A DNA stretch of 63,967 nucleotides, counting the filler, from Octopus bimaculoides (taxonomy: Eukaryota): the NCBI RefSeq assembly GCF_001194135.2. It is 7 parts of 7 records of this genome, joined end to end, with 100 filler letters (N's around TTAATTAATTAA, not from the genome) between each part and the next. Parts side by side here need not be neighbours in the genome. Positions count along the whole stretch, not along the records: positions 48,476 to 53,901 come from NC_068983.1; positions 54,002 to 58,975 come from NC_069001.1; positions 59,076 to 60,545 come from NW_026355531.1; positions 60,646 to 62,804 come from NW_026411637.1; positions 62,905 to 63,967 come from NW_026431389.1; 2 more parts are not named here. One strand, given 5' to 3'. This document shows positions 52,951 through 63,967 of the stretch, piece after piece; within the stretch, counting starts at the first letter, position 1, and every line of letters starts with the position of its first letter. The notes beneath the pieces were generated by a model. The model searched no databases. It saw only the letters and a program-made list of their open reading frames with translations, and was not told where the DNA came from. Made by a program: the position numbers and the translations under genes.

Positions 52951-53612
52951 TTAAGATATATACGCGAGTAAAGTTACTAATAGAGAAACGAAAATAAACT
53001 TTGGAAACAGCAACGCCACCATAGGTTAAGTGGAAACGATGAACGTGTCTTCAAGGGAGATAATTAAAGAACGTAACATTGTAATACTTCATATAAAGTA
53101 AATATAACAATGAAAATCTTTGAAGAATCCATAAAAATTCCCGAATCACTACCAAAATTTCATCATCTGTTCCTTGTGTCATTACCAACTTTTCCTGCAA
53201 GCTTTACGATATATCGTTCACAACTTTTTGAGTTATTTTGTATACAGACGGACAAACCAACGCCGAGGTAACTATTTCAAATTATATATTTTTGAAAAAT
53301 TACCGTGAATGTTCTCAAAAAAGTCTTTTTTAAATTCTATATTTCACTGTTAGCTGTTGCAATATTTCGATTGGATAGACAAAACTACAATTCAAACTGT
53401 AAAGTCAAAATACCAAAGATGCAAAATATGAATAATTTCTTACTTTTCTCTGAAATTACAAATTCAAGGGGAAAATTGTACCTTACAAAATAAAATACCT
53501 CGATCATAAACTAGTTACAACAGAAGGATTGAGATGCTTAGTGACAGTGAGCAAACAATATCTGTATACCTATATATGTACATAGATAGGTACACACACA
53601 TACACAAACTTC

Positions 53613-53643
<31 letters not shown>

Positions 53644-53769
53644 GTGTGTGTCCGCGCGCACGTTTTGTTTTTTGTACAGAAAGAATTTTGTCTTCCAGTT
53701 TTTATTGCCTTAGGAGGTGAAAGGCCACTATTCTGGGTACAAAGTGACCGGCTTTTCAACAACGTCAAA

Positions 53770-53901
53770 TAATCCTTTCTACTATAAGCACAAGACCTGA
53801 AATTTTGGTGGGGAGGGGAGCAGTCGATTACAGCGACACCAGTATTTCACAGGTACTTATTTTACCGACCCCGAAAGGATGAAAGGCAAAGTCGACCTCG
53901 G
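53770..53901 (-). mobile_element. SINE family B 3' half
   Basis: GGTACTTATTTTACCGACCCCGAAAGGATGAAAGGCAAAGTCGACCTCGG; cut by a gap. Confidence 0.8.
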
Positions 53902-54029
53902 NNNNNNNNNNNNNNNNNNNNNNNNNNNNNNNNNNNNNNNNNNNNTTAATTAATTAANNNNNNNNNNNNNNNNNNNNNNNNNNNNNNNNNNNNNNNNNNN
54001 NTATTTATCAATTTAACCGATGATTTTTA

Positions 54030-54770
54030 TACCTCTTCTCTCCTCCTCTTCCACCCGTTTATATCTTTTCTCTCTTTTCCTTTCTTTTCTCTCTCTCTCT
54101 CCCACCCTCCTCTTCTCTCCTTTCCTCACTCTCTCTCTCTTCTTCTCTTCTCTTTTCTCTCCTTCTCTTCTCTCTCCTCTTCCTGTACTTCCCTCTTATC
54201 CCTTATCTTGTCCTCTCTATCTCTCTATCTCTTATCCCCTACCTTATCTTCTCTATCTCACCTACTCTCCTCCTCTCTCTCTCTCTCTCTTTCTCACTCC
54301 TTCTTTCCTTCTTTTCTCTTTTCCTCTTCTTCTCTCTTTTCCCCACTCAAACTCTCTCTCCTCTTCTCTCTTCCTCCTCTCTCTATTCTTCACTTAACTT
54401 CTCCTATTCCCTCTTTCTCTTCCTCCCTCTCTATTCCCCACTCAACCTCTCTCTTTTTCTCATCTCACCTCTCTTCCTCTCTCTCTATTCCCCACTCAAC
54501 CTCTCTCTCCTTCTCTCCTTCTCTTCTCTCTTCTCTTTTCCTCTTCCTCACCCTCTTCCTCACTCAACCACTTCCCCCTTATCTCCAGCGAATCCTTTCT
54601 TCTCTCAAATCCTAATTTATATTTCTTTCTTAATTTATTCTTCTTTCTTCCATTGATTGATGTTTTGTTCGCTACACCCACCTCTCCCTTCTCCCCCTTC
54701 CCACTTTTCAACCATTTCCCCTCCCCCTTTCCCTCCCTTCTACCCTCTTTTCAACCATCTCCCCCCACCA
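54030..54770. repeat. Long polypyrimidine (CT-rich) tract with an internal ~55-bp duplication
   Basis: Almost purely C/T on the + strand; CTCTCTCTATTCCCCACTCAACCTCTCTCT occurs twice around 54425-54510. Confidence 0.95.
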
Positions 54771-55022
54771 CCACACTTCACCTCTTATATTCTACACCAT
54801 AAACAACCTTAACATTTTCTTAAACCTTATTTCTCCCATCTTGTAATGTTTATTAGTTTTCCTTCCGCTGCGATTCTGTAAATTACTACGTCGTCGTTGT
54901 TGTTGTTGTTGTTGTTATTGTTGCTGTTGTTGTTATTGTTTGTTTGTTTTTTCATACATTTATTGTTTTTATTGTGTATGTTTTTCAAATTTTTTTTTTT
55001 GGCGCATTGTTTAATAGCTCAC

Positions 55023-55493
55023 CTCTAACCAACTATATCAACACAAACAACAACAACAACAACAACAACAATAACAACAACAACAAGTCCCTATATCCTA
55101 TTATATGCTCACACTACCTCTGGCACCAACACTGCTAAAATTCACGTTTCAATCACACATGCACAAACTAATACGCAAACACAAACACACATATTCACAC
55201 ACGTCAACCACAGAACCAACGAACCAACCGACTGAGTAGTCAGCCAGCCAACCAGCCGTCTAATCGAACATGTAATCCACCACCTGCCGCAATTTGTTCT
55301 CAGCACCTTTCATTTCGCTGTGTGTGGTGTTTTTATTTTATTAGTTCAATAAAATAGCTGTCGTCCACCGAATTCGTTCACCGCAACAGAACATTGCGCA
55401 GTAAATTACGTTCTATTGCCATGGTGAAACCGTCAGTTTTAACTCCGCTTTCGCTAACGTTTTACAGCGCATCAACAAAGGATAGGGCGTTAT
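55023..55493. promoter_or_regulatory. Candidate divergent promoter with two non-coding first exons
   Basis: Locally CpG-rich unique sequence. Inr-like TCAGTC on - (55235-55230) with donor GAG|GTGAGC at 55022; Inr-like TCAGTT on + (55433-55438) with donor TAT|GTGAGA at 55494. Motif evidence only. Confidence 0.3.
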
Positions 55494-55559
55494 GTGAGAC
55501 TTCAAAATCTAATTTGCTGTTTTTTCGTTATCAGCAATATGATCTTGTCTCAATTCCAT

Positions 55560-56000
55560 TCTCTCCAATTGGCAGTCAACTTGTTTGCATAATCCTCTCG
55601 TCTGTTTCCAGTCATTTTTATATTCTACAATCTTTCTGTCACTTATTTGTTTTTATTATACCCCTGTCTGCTTTCGCACAACTTTTATCATACAATCTTT
55701 ATGTCAATTATTTTATCTGTAATATTATCCAGCCTACTTTCAGTCATTCCCCCCCCCCCCGCTTCTATACTATCTTTCTGCTAAACATTTTCTACGTAGC
55801 ATGCTCTCGTTTGACCACGCTCATATTTTTTTCCTACAATCTATCTGTCAATCATTTTATTTGCATAATTCTGTCGTCTGCCCTCATTCATTTTTCACTT
55901 GCACTATCTTTTTGTCAGCCATTTTCTCTATAACATCATACCGTCTGTCTTATTTTATTTAATCAACAATTTTTCTTCAACACTATCTATCCGATATTTT
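55560..56000. repeat. Old degenerate ~65-78-bp tandem array, ~6-7 copies
   Basis: Recurring C(T/A)A(C/T)A(A/C)TCT.TCTGTCA..CATTTTAT..GCATAAT..T.TCGTCTG motif starting near 55625, 55690, 55767, 55834, 55902 and 55981. Confidence 0.65.
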
Positions 56001-56697
56001 ATTATTTTTATTATACTTTATACTCTCATGTTAATTTAATGTACTTTTACATCACTCCTTTTCGTCTGTATTATCCTTTCATTTAATTTTTCAGGGAGCT
56101 ATGTGTTTTCTTTCTTAGATCAGTTTTCTTTTTCCTTTTCAATGGTTTTACTAAAGGGAATAATTCGAATATCGAATCTTAATTAATAGTGTTCCTGTTT
56201 TGAATTTTACCAACTAACTTTATCAAATATTACTTCGATATTTATATATACGATATTAATATATATGTTTGTGTGTGAGTATGATATTAATATAACTCGA
56301 ATGTTCATAGCTTACCCATCGTTAATGTTTATTTGTTTGTTTTTCCTTATTTTCTTCTTACATTCAATGCTTTCCAAATTCCCAAACTTCCAAGTCCAAT
56401 ATTAATACTACTTGAAACTATTTATTACAGCTTTCCTTCGACATCAGATCTAACTTTCAAATACACTTCCGCCAAATCGCATTTCTTCATGATTTCTTGT
56501 CTAAAATCAAAACGGGGCTGGTTTTCAATAATACTTCTCGGCTGGTGCTGAAGTACATCTCTAAAACAAGTTACCTTGAAAAACATAATCCTCCGTTATT
56601 CAATCTTCTACTATAGCCACGGGCTGACAAAAGCCTAAAGCCTAATGCCTTATGAGTGTAGTTCGTTGGTGGATACTGAAAAACGTCCGTCGTGTAT

Positions 56698-56995
56698 ATA
56701 CGAGGGTGAGTCAAAAAGTAATGCCATTTTGTTTAGGACAGGTATTATTTACCAACACAAGAACGTGTATCATACGTCAAAATGAAGCTGGTCCTCTGTG
56801 GATCACATCTCTACTTCTCAACATAGTCACCGTTTCTGTCAATAGCAATGTTCCGCATTCGAATGAGAGCATGTATCTCTGCCCCGTAAAATTCTGTTGG
56901 ACTGTTCTTTGGGCCACTTTTTCACTACAGTTTTCACTTCCTCGTCACTGGAATAATGTTTGCTTCTCAAACCCTCTTTAATAGGGCCGAAGAGA
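56698..56995 (-). mobile_element. Mariner 3' end fragment
   Basis: TIR-like TACGAGGGTGAGTCAAAAAGTAATG; the minus strand reads EFYGAEIHALIRMRNIAIDRNGDYVEK-stop, the canonical mariner C-terminus. Confidence 0.75.
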
Positions 56996-57225
56996 TGATA
57001 GTTCAGTCACGGTGATAGTCTGCGACCACTTCGACTCCTGATGAGTGGCATACAGTGCAGACAATGTTCAGACAATGTCTGGAGGGAGAGTGTGCTACTG
57101 TACAGTACATACTTTTCACCACTATACACAAATCATTTGTGCAGCTCGTTCGGCAAAATCTGAACGCTTGCACGTCATCTACGTCGGGAGAATCTATCAT
57201 ACATATATACATACAAATATACATA

Positions 57226-57259
<34 letters not shown>

Positions 57260-59507
57260 CAAATAGATCTCGAACGCAGTAAAGTTGTGAAAGCAGCAGA
57301 TCTGTTGTTTTCTGTTGTTTTCAAGGCTATACAGCGTTCGAAATTTACTTTCTTGTTTTTAAAATACCAANNNNNNNNNNNNNNNNNNNNNNNNNNNNNN
57401 NNNNNNNNNNNNNNNNNNNNNNNNNNNNNNNNNNNNNNNNNNNNNNNNNNNNNNNNNNNNNNNNNNNNNNNNNNNNNNNNNNNNNNNNNNNNNNNNNNNN
57501 NNNNNNNNNNNNNNNNNNNNNNNNNNNNNNNNNNNNNNNNNNNNNNNNNNNNNNNNNNNNNNNNNNNNNNNNNNNNNNNNNNNNNNNNNNNNNNNNNNNN
57601 NNNNNNNNNNNNNNNNNNNNNNNNNNNNNNNNNNNNNNNNNNNNNNNNNNNNNNNNNNNNNNNNNNNNNNNNNNNNNNNNNNNNNNNNNNNNNNNNNNNN
57701 NNNNNNNNNNNNNNNNNNNNNNNNNNNNNNNNNNNNNNNNNNNNNNNNNNNNNNNNNNNNNNNNNNNNNNNNNNNNNNNNNNNNNNNNNNNNNNNNNNNN
57801 NNNNNNNNNNNNNNNNNNNNNNNNNNNNNNNNNNNNNNNNNNNNNNNNNNNNNNNNNNNNNNNNNNNNNNNNNNNNNNNNNNNNNNNNNNNNNNNNNNNN
57901 NNNNNNNNNNNNNNNNNNNNNNNNNNNNNNNNNNNNNNNNNNNNNNNNNNNNNNNNNNNNNNNNNNNNNNNNNNNNNNNNNNNNNNNNNNNNNNNNNNNN
58001 NNNNNNNNNNNNNNNNNNNNNNNNNNNNNNNNNNNNNNNNNNNNNNNNNNNNNNNNNNNNNNNNNNNNNNNNNNNNNNNNNNNNNNNNNNNNNNNNNNNN
58101 TTCTTCTTCTTCTTCTTCTTCTTCTTCTTCTTCTTCTTCTTCTTCTTCTTCTTCTTCTTCTTCTTCTTCTTCTTCTTCTTCTTCTTCTTCTTTATTTCTT
58201 CATCTTCTTCTTTATTTCTTATTCGTTTCAAGCCAATTTAGGAAAAGCAATAATCAGGAGAACTAATTGTCAAAAATTCTTAGAAGATAACGAAATAAAT
58301 AAATAAATAAATCATTTGTCGGTGTGTAACAAAGGCACTCTATGCTGGCTTCACTGAATAGCAGCTCGAAATTAACTTCACTAGAGCACAAATTTGTTCT
58401 AATGTAATCAATCACTCACTCACTCAGCCTCTCTTTCTCTATACCGTCTCTATACCTCTCTCTTTTTCTCCCTTTCTTCCACTCTATTTATCTGCCTATC
58501 AATCTATCTCTTTCAATCTATCTCTTTCACTTACACTTTCATTACGTATAGTTTCTATGACAGATTTAAGAGAAATAGCGAGAGAGCGAGAGAAAGAAAG
58601 CAGTCGATGACAGAAAGGGGGTAAAAGAGACTGAAATAGAAGAAGGAGAGATGGTAATTCAGGGTGAGAATAAGAGATTGAGAAAGACAGAGAGAGAGAG
58701 AGACAGAGAGCAAAGCGTTCCGACAAGAAATAATGTGTGTAACTAAGTAAATTAACTAACGAAAACAGCAGCCAGGATGTTGGTTTCTTGAGCAGCTGAC
58801 GAACTGGAAACTTAAAGCCTTGGGTTCAAGTTGTGAAGAGTCTTCTTTCGATAGATTTACGAAATCTTCAATATTTTTACCACTTGGTTTATTCAATTAC
58901 ACGCAGACACCATATAAGCACGCTTAAGCTACGTATGTATGTCGTTATACATACATACATACATACATACATACANNNNNNNNNNNNNNNNNNNNNNNNN
59001 NNNNNNNNNNNNNNNNNNNTTAATTAATTAANNNNNNNNNNNNNNNNNNNNNNNNNNNNNNNNNNNNNNNNNNNNATCACAAAAAATGTTAAACACAATG
59101 AGAAACGAAAACATAAAAACAAAAAACAAACTTTTTTTGAACAACGAAAAAAAAAAACAAACAAACAAACAGAGAAACGAGACATGCAACATAAACAGTA
59201 TATCCCTTCGATACTGCAAACCTATCATCAAAAACATTCCAGCCTTCAGCAAACCATCTTTTTAGGGATAATCTAGGGCATTACATACAATGGGCATGTG
59301 ATTTAGGTAGGGGGATACTTTTAGCATATCGAGGCTCTTTCATTAGTTCGATTGTGTGATGAGATTTTTTTACACATATATGTAATATGTATATATATAT
59401 CATCAGCAGAAGTTAGAGAGTAAATCAAAAGCTGAGAATTTCGTGTATTAGCACTTATCAAACACGAATTTGTCCATTGTCACTCTGTAACTTCTGACGA
59501 AATACCT

Positions 59508-59943
59508 TCTAAAATACAAAATTTTGTCAAAAACGTTAAGAGTAAACCCTGTTCTATGTGACACATTCTACCAGTATCGGAAGTTTAAAAGTGTTTAGTT
59601 AAAAAAAAATTAATGAAATAATCTGTACGTCTAGTTGAATAGATCCAAAATGGATGAAAGGCAAAGTCGACCTCAGCGGAATTTGAACTCAGAACGTAAA
59701 GACAGACAAAATACCGCTTCTAAAATACAAAATTTTGTCAAAAACGTTAAGAATAAACCCTGTTCTATGTGACATATTCTACCAGTATCAGAAGTTTGAA
59801 AGTGTTTAGTTAAAAAAAAATTAATTAAATAATCTGTGTCAAAGTCGACCTTGGCAAAATTTGAACTCAAAACATAAAGACAGACGAAATACTGCTATGT
59901 ATATCGCCTGGCGCGTTAACCTTTCTGCCAGCTCACCGCCTTA
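59508..59943. repeat. ~210-bp tandem duplication of a MITE fragment plus a SINE B fragment
   Basis: TTCTAAAATACAAAATTTTGTCAAAAACGTTAAG... recurs at ~59508 and ~59718, each copy followed by a SINE-B segment. Confidence 0.8.
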
Positions 59944-60506
59944 GAATGTAAATATTCATTTTAGAAATATATTCTTTATTCGTATTGCATAAGCGTTACT
60001 TCTTCCTGACATTAAATTTCGTAACATTTACCTCATAACTGTTTTTCTACTAATTTTTGTTCAATGCGACTAACGATTCTGAATTCCTCGTGCATTTTTT
60101 TATCATTTAAGCCTAAGAAAAGTATACTCTTAATTTAAAATTAAAAAAAATTATGTTAATTGAAGATGGATAACTGCCTTACTGCTCACTTGAGGTTTGA
60201 CAAATTTTGATGTAACTTTTTTTTTCTACTGAACCAAATATCAAACTTTTTATGCCAAAGTGTAGCTGAGGAGGTATCCACTTTATAACTATTGACAGTT
60301 TGCAATTTAGTAGAGAACTGAATTAGTGGCGAAGATTGGAAGGTGTTGCGATTGACGAAATAGTGTACTTGAGAATATATTCAACCACTACCATGGTTGA
60401 ATGATATATACGGGAATTCGTGTAGATACATGATTAAATTATACATATAAAAACTGTAAAAATATACCCATGCATGTGCGAAATAAAATGCACACACACA
60501 TACATG

Positions 60507-60545
<39 letters not shown>

Positions 60546-61170
60546 NNNNNNNNNNNNNNNNNNNNNNNNNNNNNNNNNNNNNNNNNNNNTTAATTAATTA
60601 ANNNNNNNNNNNNNNNNNNNNNNNNNNNNNNNNNNNNNNNNNNNNAGTATGTATGTTCCTCTCATGTCAGTCAGTTCTTACATGAACACCTACTTGATGG
60701 AGTTTGTGATGTCGCAGCGGAGTGTTGTTAATGCAATTTGATCAGGGAACTTTTAAGTGTATTCGGATGTCCGTTCTCAACTGTCAGTCAGTGGTTCTGA
60801 AAACTCTGATATAAGGGAAGCAATTACAAAACTTTCTATACTGTATTATTAGTTATCTCCCTTGAACTTTCCTGTATCGACGCGATTACGTTAAGTTGAG
60901 AAATGAAAAACGGAGTAACGCGAATCGATTTTAACTCACAACTGACGATGGACTCCATCAGGTATTACGCTACAAATATCTTTGTTAAACGAAAGAATGT
61001 TTATTAATCTTACATTATTATAAATTAGAAACTAAGCAAAGAAAAAAAAAAAAGGTTCCACATGCTTGAAAGAGATGTTTGGTTTTTTAAACGTGAAGCA
61101 CACACACACACGCTCATAGGATAGGAATTGGACATACGAATCAATAACATTAACTCCGCTAGTAACCCCG

Positions 61171-61249
<79 letters not shown>

Positions 61250-61254
61250 CACAC

Positions 61255-61370
61255 GCATGGGTGTGTGGTAAGGAGATTGCTTCCCAACAAGGCACCTTGG
61301 GCAAGTGTCTACTACTATAGTCTCGGGCCGGGCCGATCAAAGCCTAGTGAAAAAATACTGTCGTATATAT
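61255..61370 (+). mobile_element. SINE family A 5' half
   Basis: GTGTGGTAAGGAGATTGCTTCCC...CCTTGGGCAAGTGTCT...; ends at a gap. Confidence 0.75.
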
Positions 61371-62241
61371 NNNNNNNNNNNNNNNNNNNNNNNNNNNNNN
61401 NNNNNNNNNNNNNNNNNNNNNNNNNNNNNNNNNNNNNNNNNNNNNNNNNNNNNNNNNNNNNNNNNNNNNNNNNNNNNNNNNNNNNNNNNNNNNNNNNNNN
61501 NNNNNNNNNNNNNNNNNNNNNNNNNNNNNNNNNNNNNNNNNNNNNNNNNNNNNNNNNNNNNNNNNNNNNNNNNNNNNNNNNNNNNNNNNNNNNNNNNNNN
61601 NNNNNNNNNNNNNNNNNNNNNNNNNNNNNNNNNNNNNNNNNNNNNNNNNNNNNNNNNNNNNNNNNNNNNNNNNNNNNNNNNNNNNNNNNNNNNNNNNNNN
61701 NNNNNNNNNNNNNNNNNNNNNNNNNNNNNNNNNNNNNNNNNNNNNNNNNNNNNNNNNNNNNNNNNNNNNNNNNNNNNNNNNNNNNNNNNNNNNNNNNNNN
61801 NNNNNNNNNNNNNNNNNNNNNNNNNNNNNNNNNNNNNNNNNNNNNNNNNNNNNNNNNNNNNNNNNNNNNNNNNNNNNNNNNNNNNNNNNNNNNNNNNNNN
61901 NNNNNNNNNNNNNNNNNNNNNNNNNNNNNNNNNNNNNNNNNNNNNNNNNNNNNNNNNNNNNNNNNNNNNNNNNNNNNNNNNNNNNNNNNNNNNNNNNNNN
62001 NNNNNNNNNNNNNNNNNNNNNNNNNNNNNNNNNNNNNNNNNNNNNNNNNNNNNNNNNNNNNNNNNNNNNNNNNNNNNNNNNNNNNNNNNNNNNNNNNNNN
62101 NNNNNNNNNNNNNNNNNNNNNNNNNNNNNNNNNNNNNNNNNNNNNNNNNNNNNNNNNNNNNNNNNNNNNNNNNNNNNNNNNNNNNNNNNNNNNNNNNNNN
62201 NNNNNNNNNATCAGTTTCATTTCTGTATTTCTTGTTCACAG

Positions 62242-62307
62242 AGAAAGAGCCGGACTCTAACATAGATTCAAGGCTCCTTCATTGGAACTTTTATCAACAT
62301 CATCTAG
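62242..62307 (+). CDS. Candidate 66-bp phase 1-1 exon of a plus-strand gene
   Basis: Acceptor TTTCTGTATTTCTTGTTCACAG, open frame EKEPDSNIDSRLLHWNFYQHHL, donor CTAG|GTATTT. Confidence 0.45.
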
Positions 62308-62904
62308 GTATTTGTGCATATGTGTGTATGTGTGTACAGTATTTGGTGTTAGTGTATGCACAGATTTGTATGTTTGTTTTATGGATGCGTTTTTATGCAT
62401 ATATTTTCATGTCTAGATGCATGCATATGTATTTGTGTGCTAAATTTTTGGAAAGTTTTACATATCTTTACAGTTCCATTGATGGCTTGAATCTGTAGTC
62501 TTCTAATCAGCCTTTTTCTTTCAAGTTTTGAGAACCCTAATTTTTCCAGGTTTTTGTTGAGGCAGTTCGTTTATGTATGTATGTATGTATGTATGTATGT
62601 ATACGCCAGTCTATTTTGAGCTTTCATCTACCAAATCCACTCACTAAGATTCTGTTGGCTCACGGCTAAAGTAGATGACACCTACGCGAGGCATCAGGAA
62701 GTGTGACTGAACCGGAAACCAGATTGTTGAGAATTAAGTTTCATAGCATACAACCACACACACACACTCACTCACTCACTCACTCACTCACTCACTCACT
62801 CACANNNNNNNNNNNNNNNNNNNNNNNNNNNNNNNNNNNNNNNNNNNNTTAATTAATTAANNNNNNNNNNNNNNNNNNNNNNNNNNNNNNNNNNNNNNNN
62901 NNNN

Positions 62905-63214
62905 TTGTAAGCCTAGTACTTATTCTATCAGTCTCTTTTGCTGAACAGCTAAGTGACGGGGTAAACACACCAACATCAATTGTCAAGCAATGGTGGGGGG
63001 ACAAACACCAACACACAAACACACACACATATATATATATATATATTTACGATGGGCTTCTTTCAGTTTCCATCCACCAACTTCACTCACAAGGCTTTGG
63101 TTGGCCCGAAGCTATAATAGAAGACACTTGCCCAAGGTGTCACACAGTGGAACTGAAACCGGAACTATGTGGTTGGTAAGCAAGCTACTTACCACACAGC
63201 CACTCTTGCGCCAA
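62905..63214 (-). mobile_element. SINE family A copy (left member of an inverted pair)
   Basis: Matches the family; head at 63214. Confidence 0.88.
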
Positions 63215-63414
63215 TATATATATATATATATATGCAGGTGTGTGTATATATAATAAAATAGTGAGATATATACATTTATACATGTATATATTTACAGACA
63301 CACACACACACACATGCATATGTATATCTAGTGGCGATGATGAAGCCAGCAGTCATTTTACTAGCCAAAATCCCCAGAGAATTGTAAGTGGAGAAGCAGT
63401 CTATATATGTGTAT

Positions 63415-63818
63415 GTGGCTGTGTGGTAAGAAGCTTGCTTGCCAACCACATGGTTCTGGGTTCAGTCCCACCATGTGGCACCTTGGGCAAGTGTCTTCTA
63501 CTATAGCATTGGGCTGACCAAAGCCTTGTGAGTGGATTTGGTAGATGAAAACTGAAAGAAGCCCGTCATATATATATGTGTGTGTGTGTGTTTATGTGTG
63601 TGCATGTATTTATGTATTTCTGTGTCTGTGTATGTCTCCCCACCGTTGCTTGACATCCGATGTTGGTGTGTTTACATTCCCATAACTTAGCAGTTCAGCA
63701 AAAGACACCAATAGAATAAGTACTAGGCTTACAAAGAATAAGTCCTGGGGTCAATTTGTTCAACTAAAGCCGGTGCTCCAGTATGGCCTCAGTCAAATGA
63801 CTGAAATAAATAAAAGAA
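63415..63818 (+). mobile_element. SINE family A full-length copy (right member of an inverted pair)
   Basis: Matches the family; head-to-head with 62905-63214. Confidence 0.9.
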
Positions 63819-63967
63819 TATATATATATAAACATATAACCAGCTCGCTTTCCAACTCCACCACAATTTCGTATTGGAATCTCTATGCTAATAGAACCCA
63901 TGACGAAGCTCCATTAGCCCACGACGAAGCTCACCAAGACATGAACAATAGCTAAGTCATTCCTATT

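Noticed and set aside
55394-55933. 179-aa hydrophobic plus-strand ORF
   Set aside because: It runs through a T/C-rich degenerate tandem array; the hydrophobicity reflects base composition.

Overview
AT-rich, gap-riddled eukaryotic genomic DNA from a short-read scaffold. It is probably octopus or another cephalopod, inferred from the tRNA-derived SINE families and the extreme microsatellite density. Most of the window is repeats: three or more SINE families, several mariner (Tc1/mariner) remnants, hAT-type and other MITEs, and microsatellites. It also holds decayed non-LTR retrotransposons of four clades: CRE (+, ~33.07-35.72 kb), R4/Dong (-, ~27.6-29.0 kb), the 3' end of an RTE carrying three C2H2 fingers (-, ~9.0-9.6 kb), and a CR1-like scrap. 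Hammerhead-ribozyme-like cores typical of Penelope-like elements are scattered through it. Host coding sequence is sparse. Two well-supported, frame-compatible phase-1 exons on the minus strand (47838-48140, 45507-45764) encode an unidentified, probably disordered, Tyr-motif-bearing protein. There are also weaker exon candidates and a possible divergent promoter at ~55.0-55.5 kb. Almost all long ORFs in the supplied track are artefacts of N-runs or microsatellites. No prokaryotic genes, CRISPR arrays or rRNA genes were seen.
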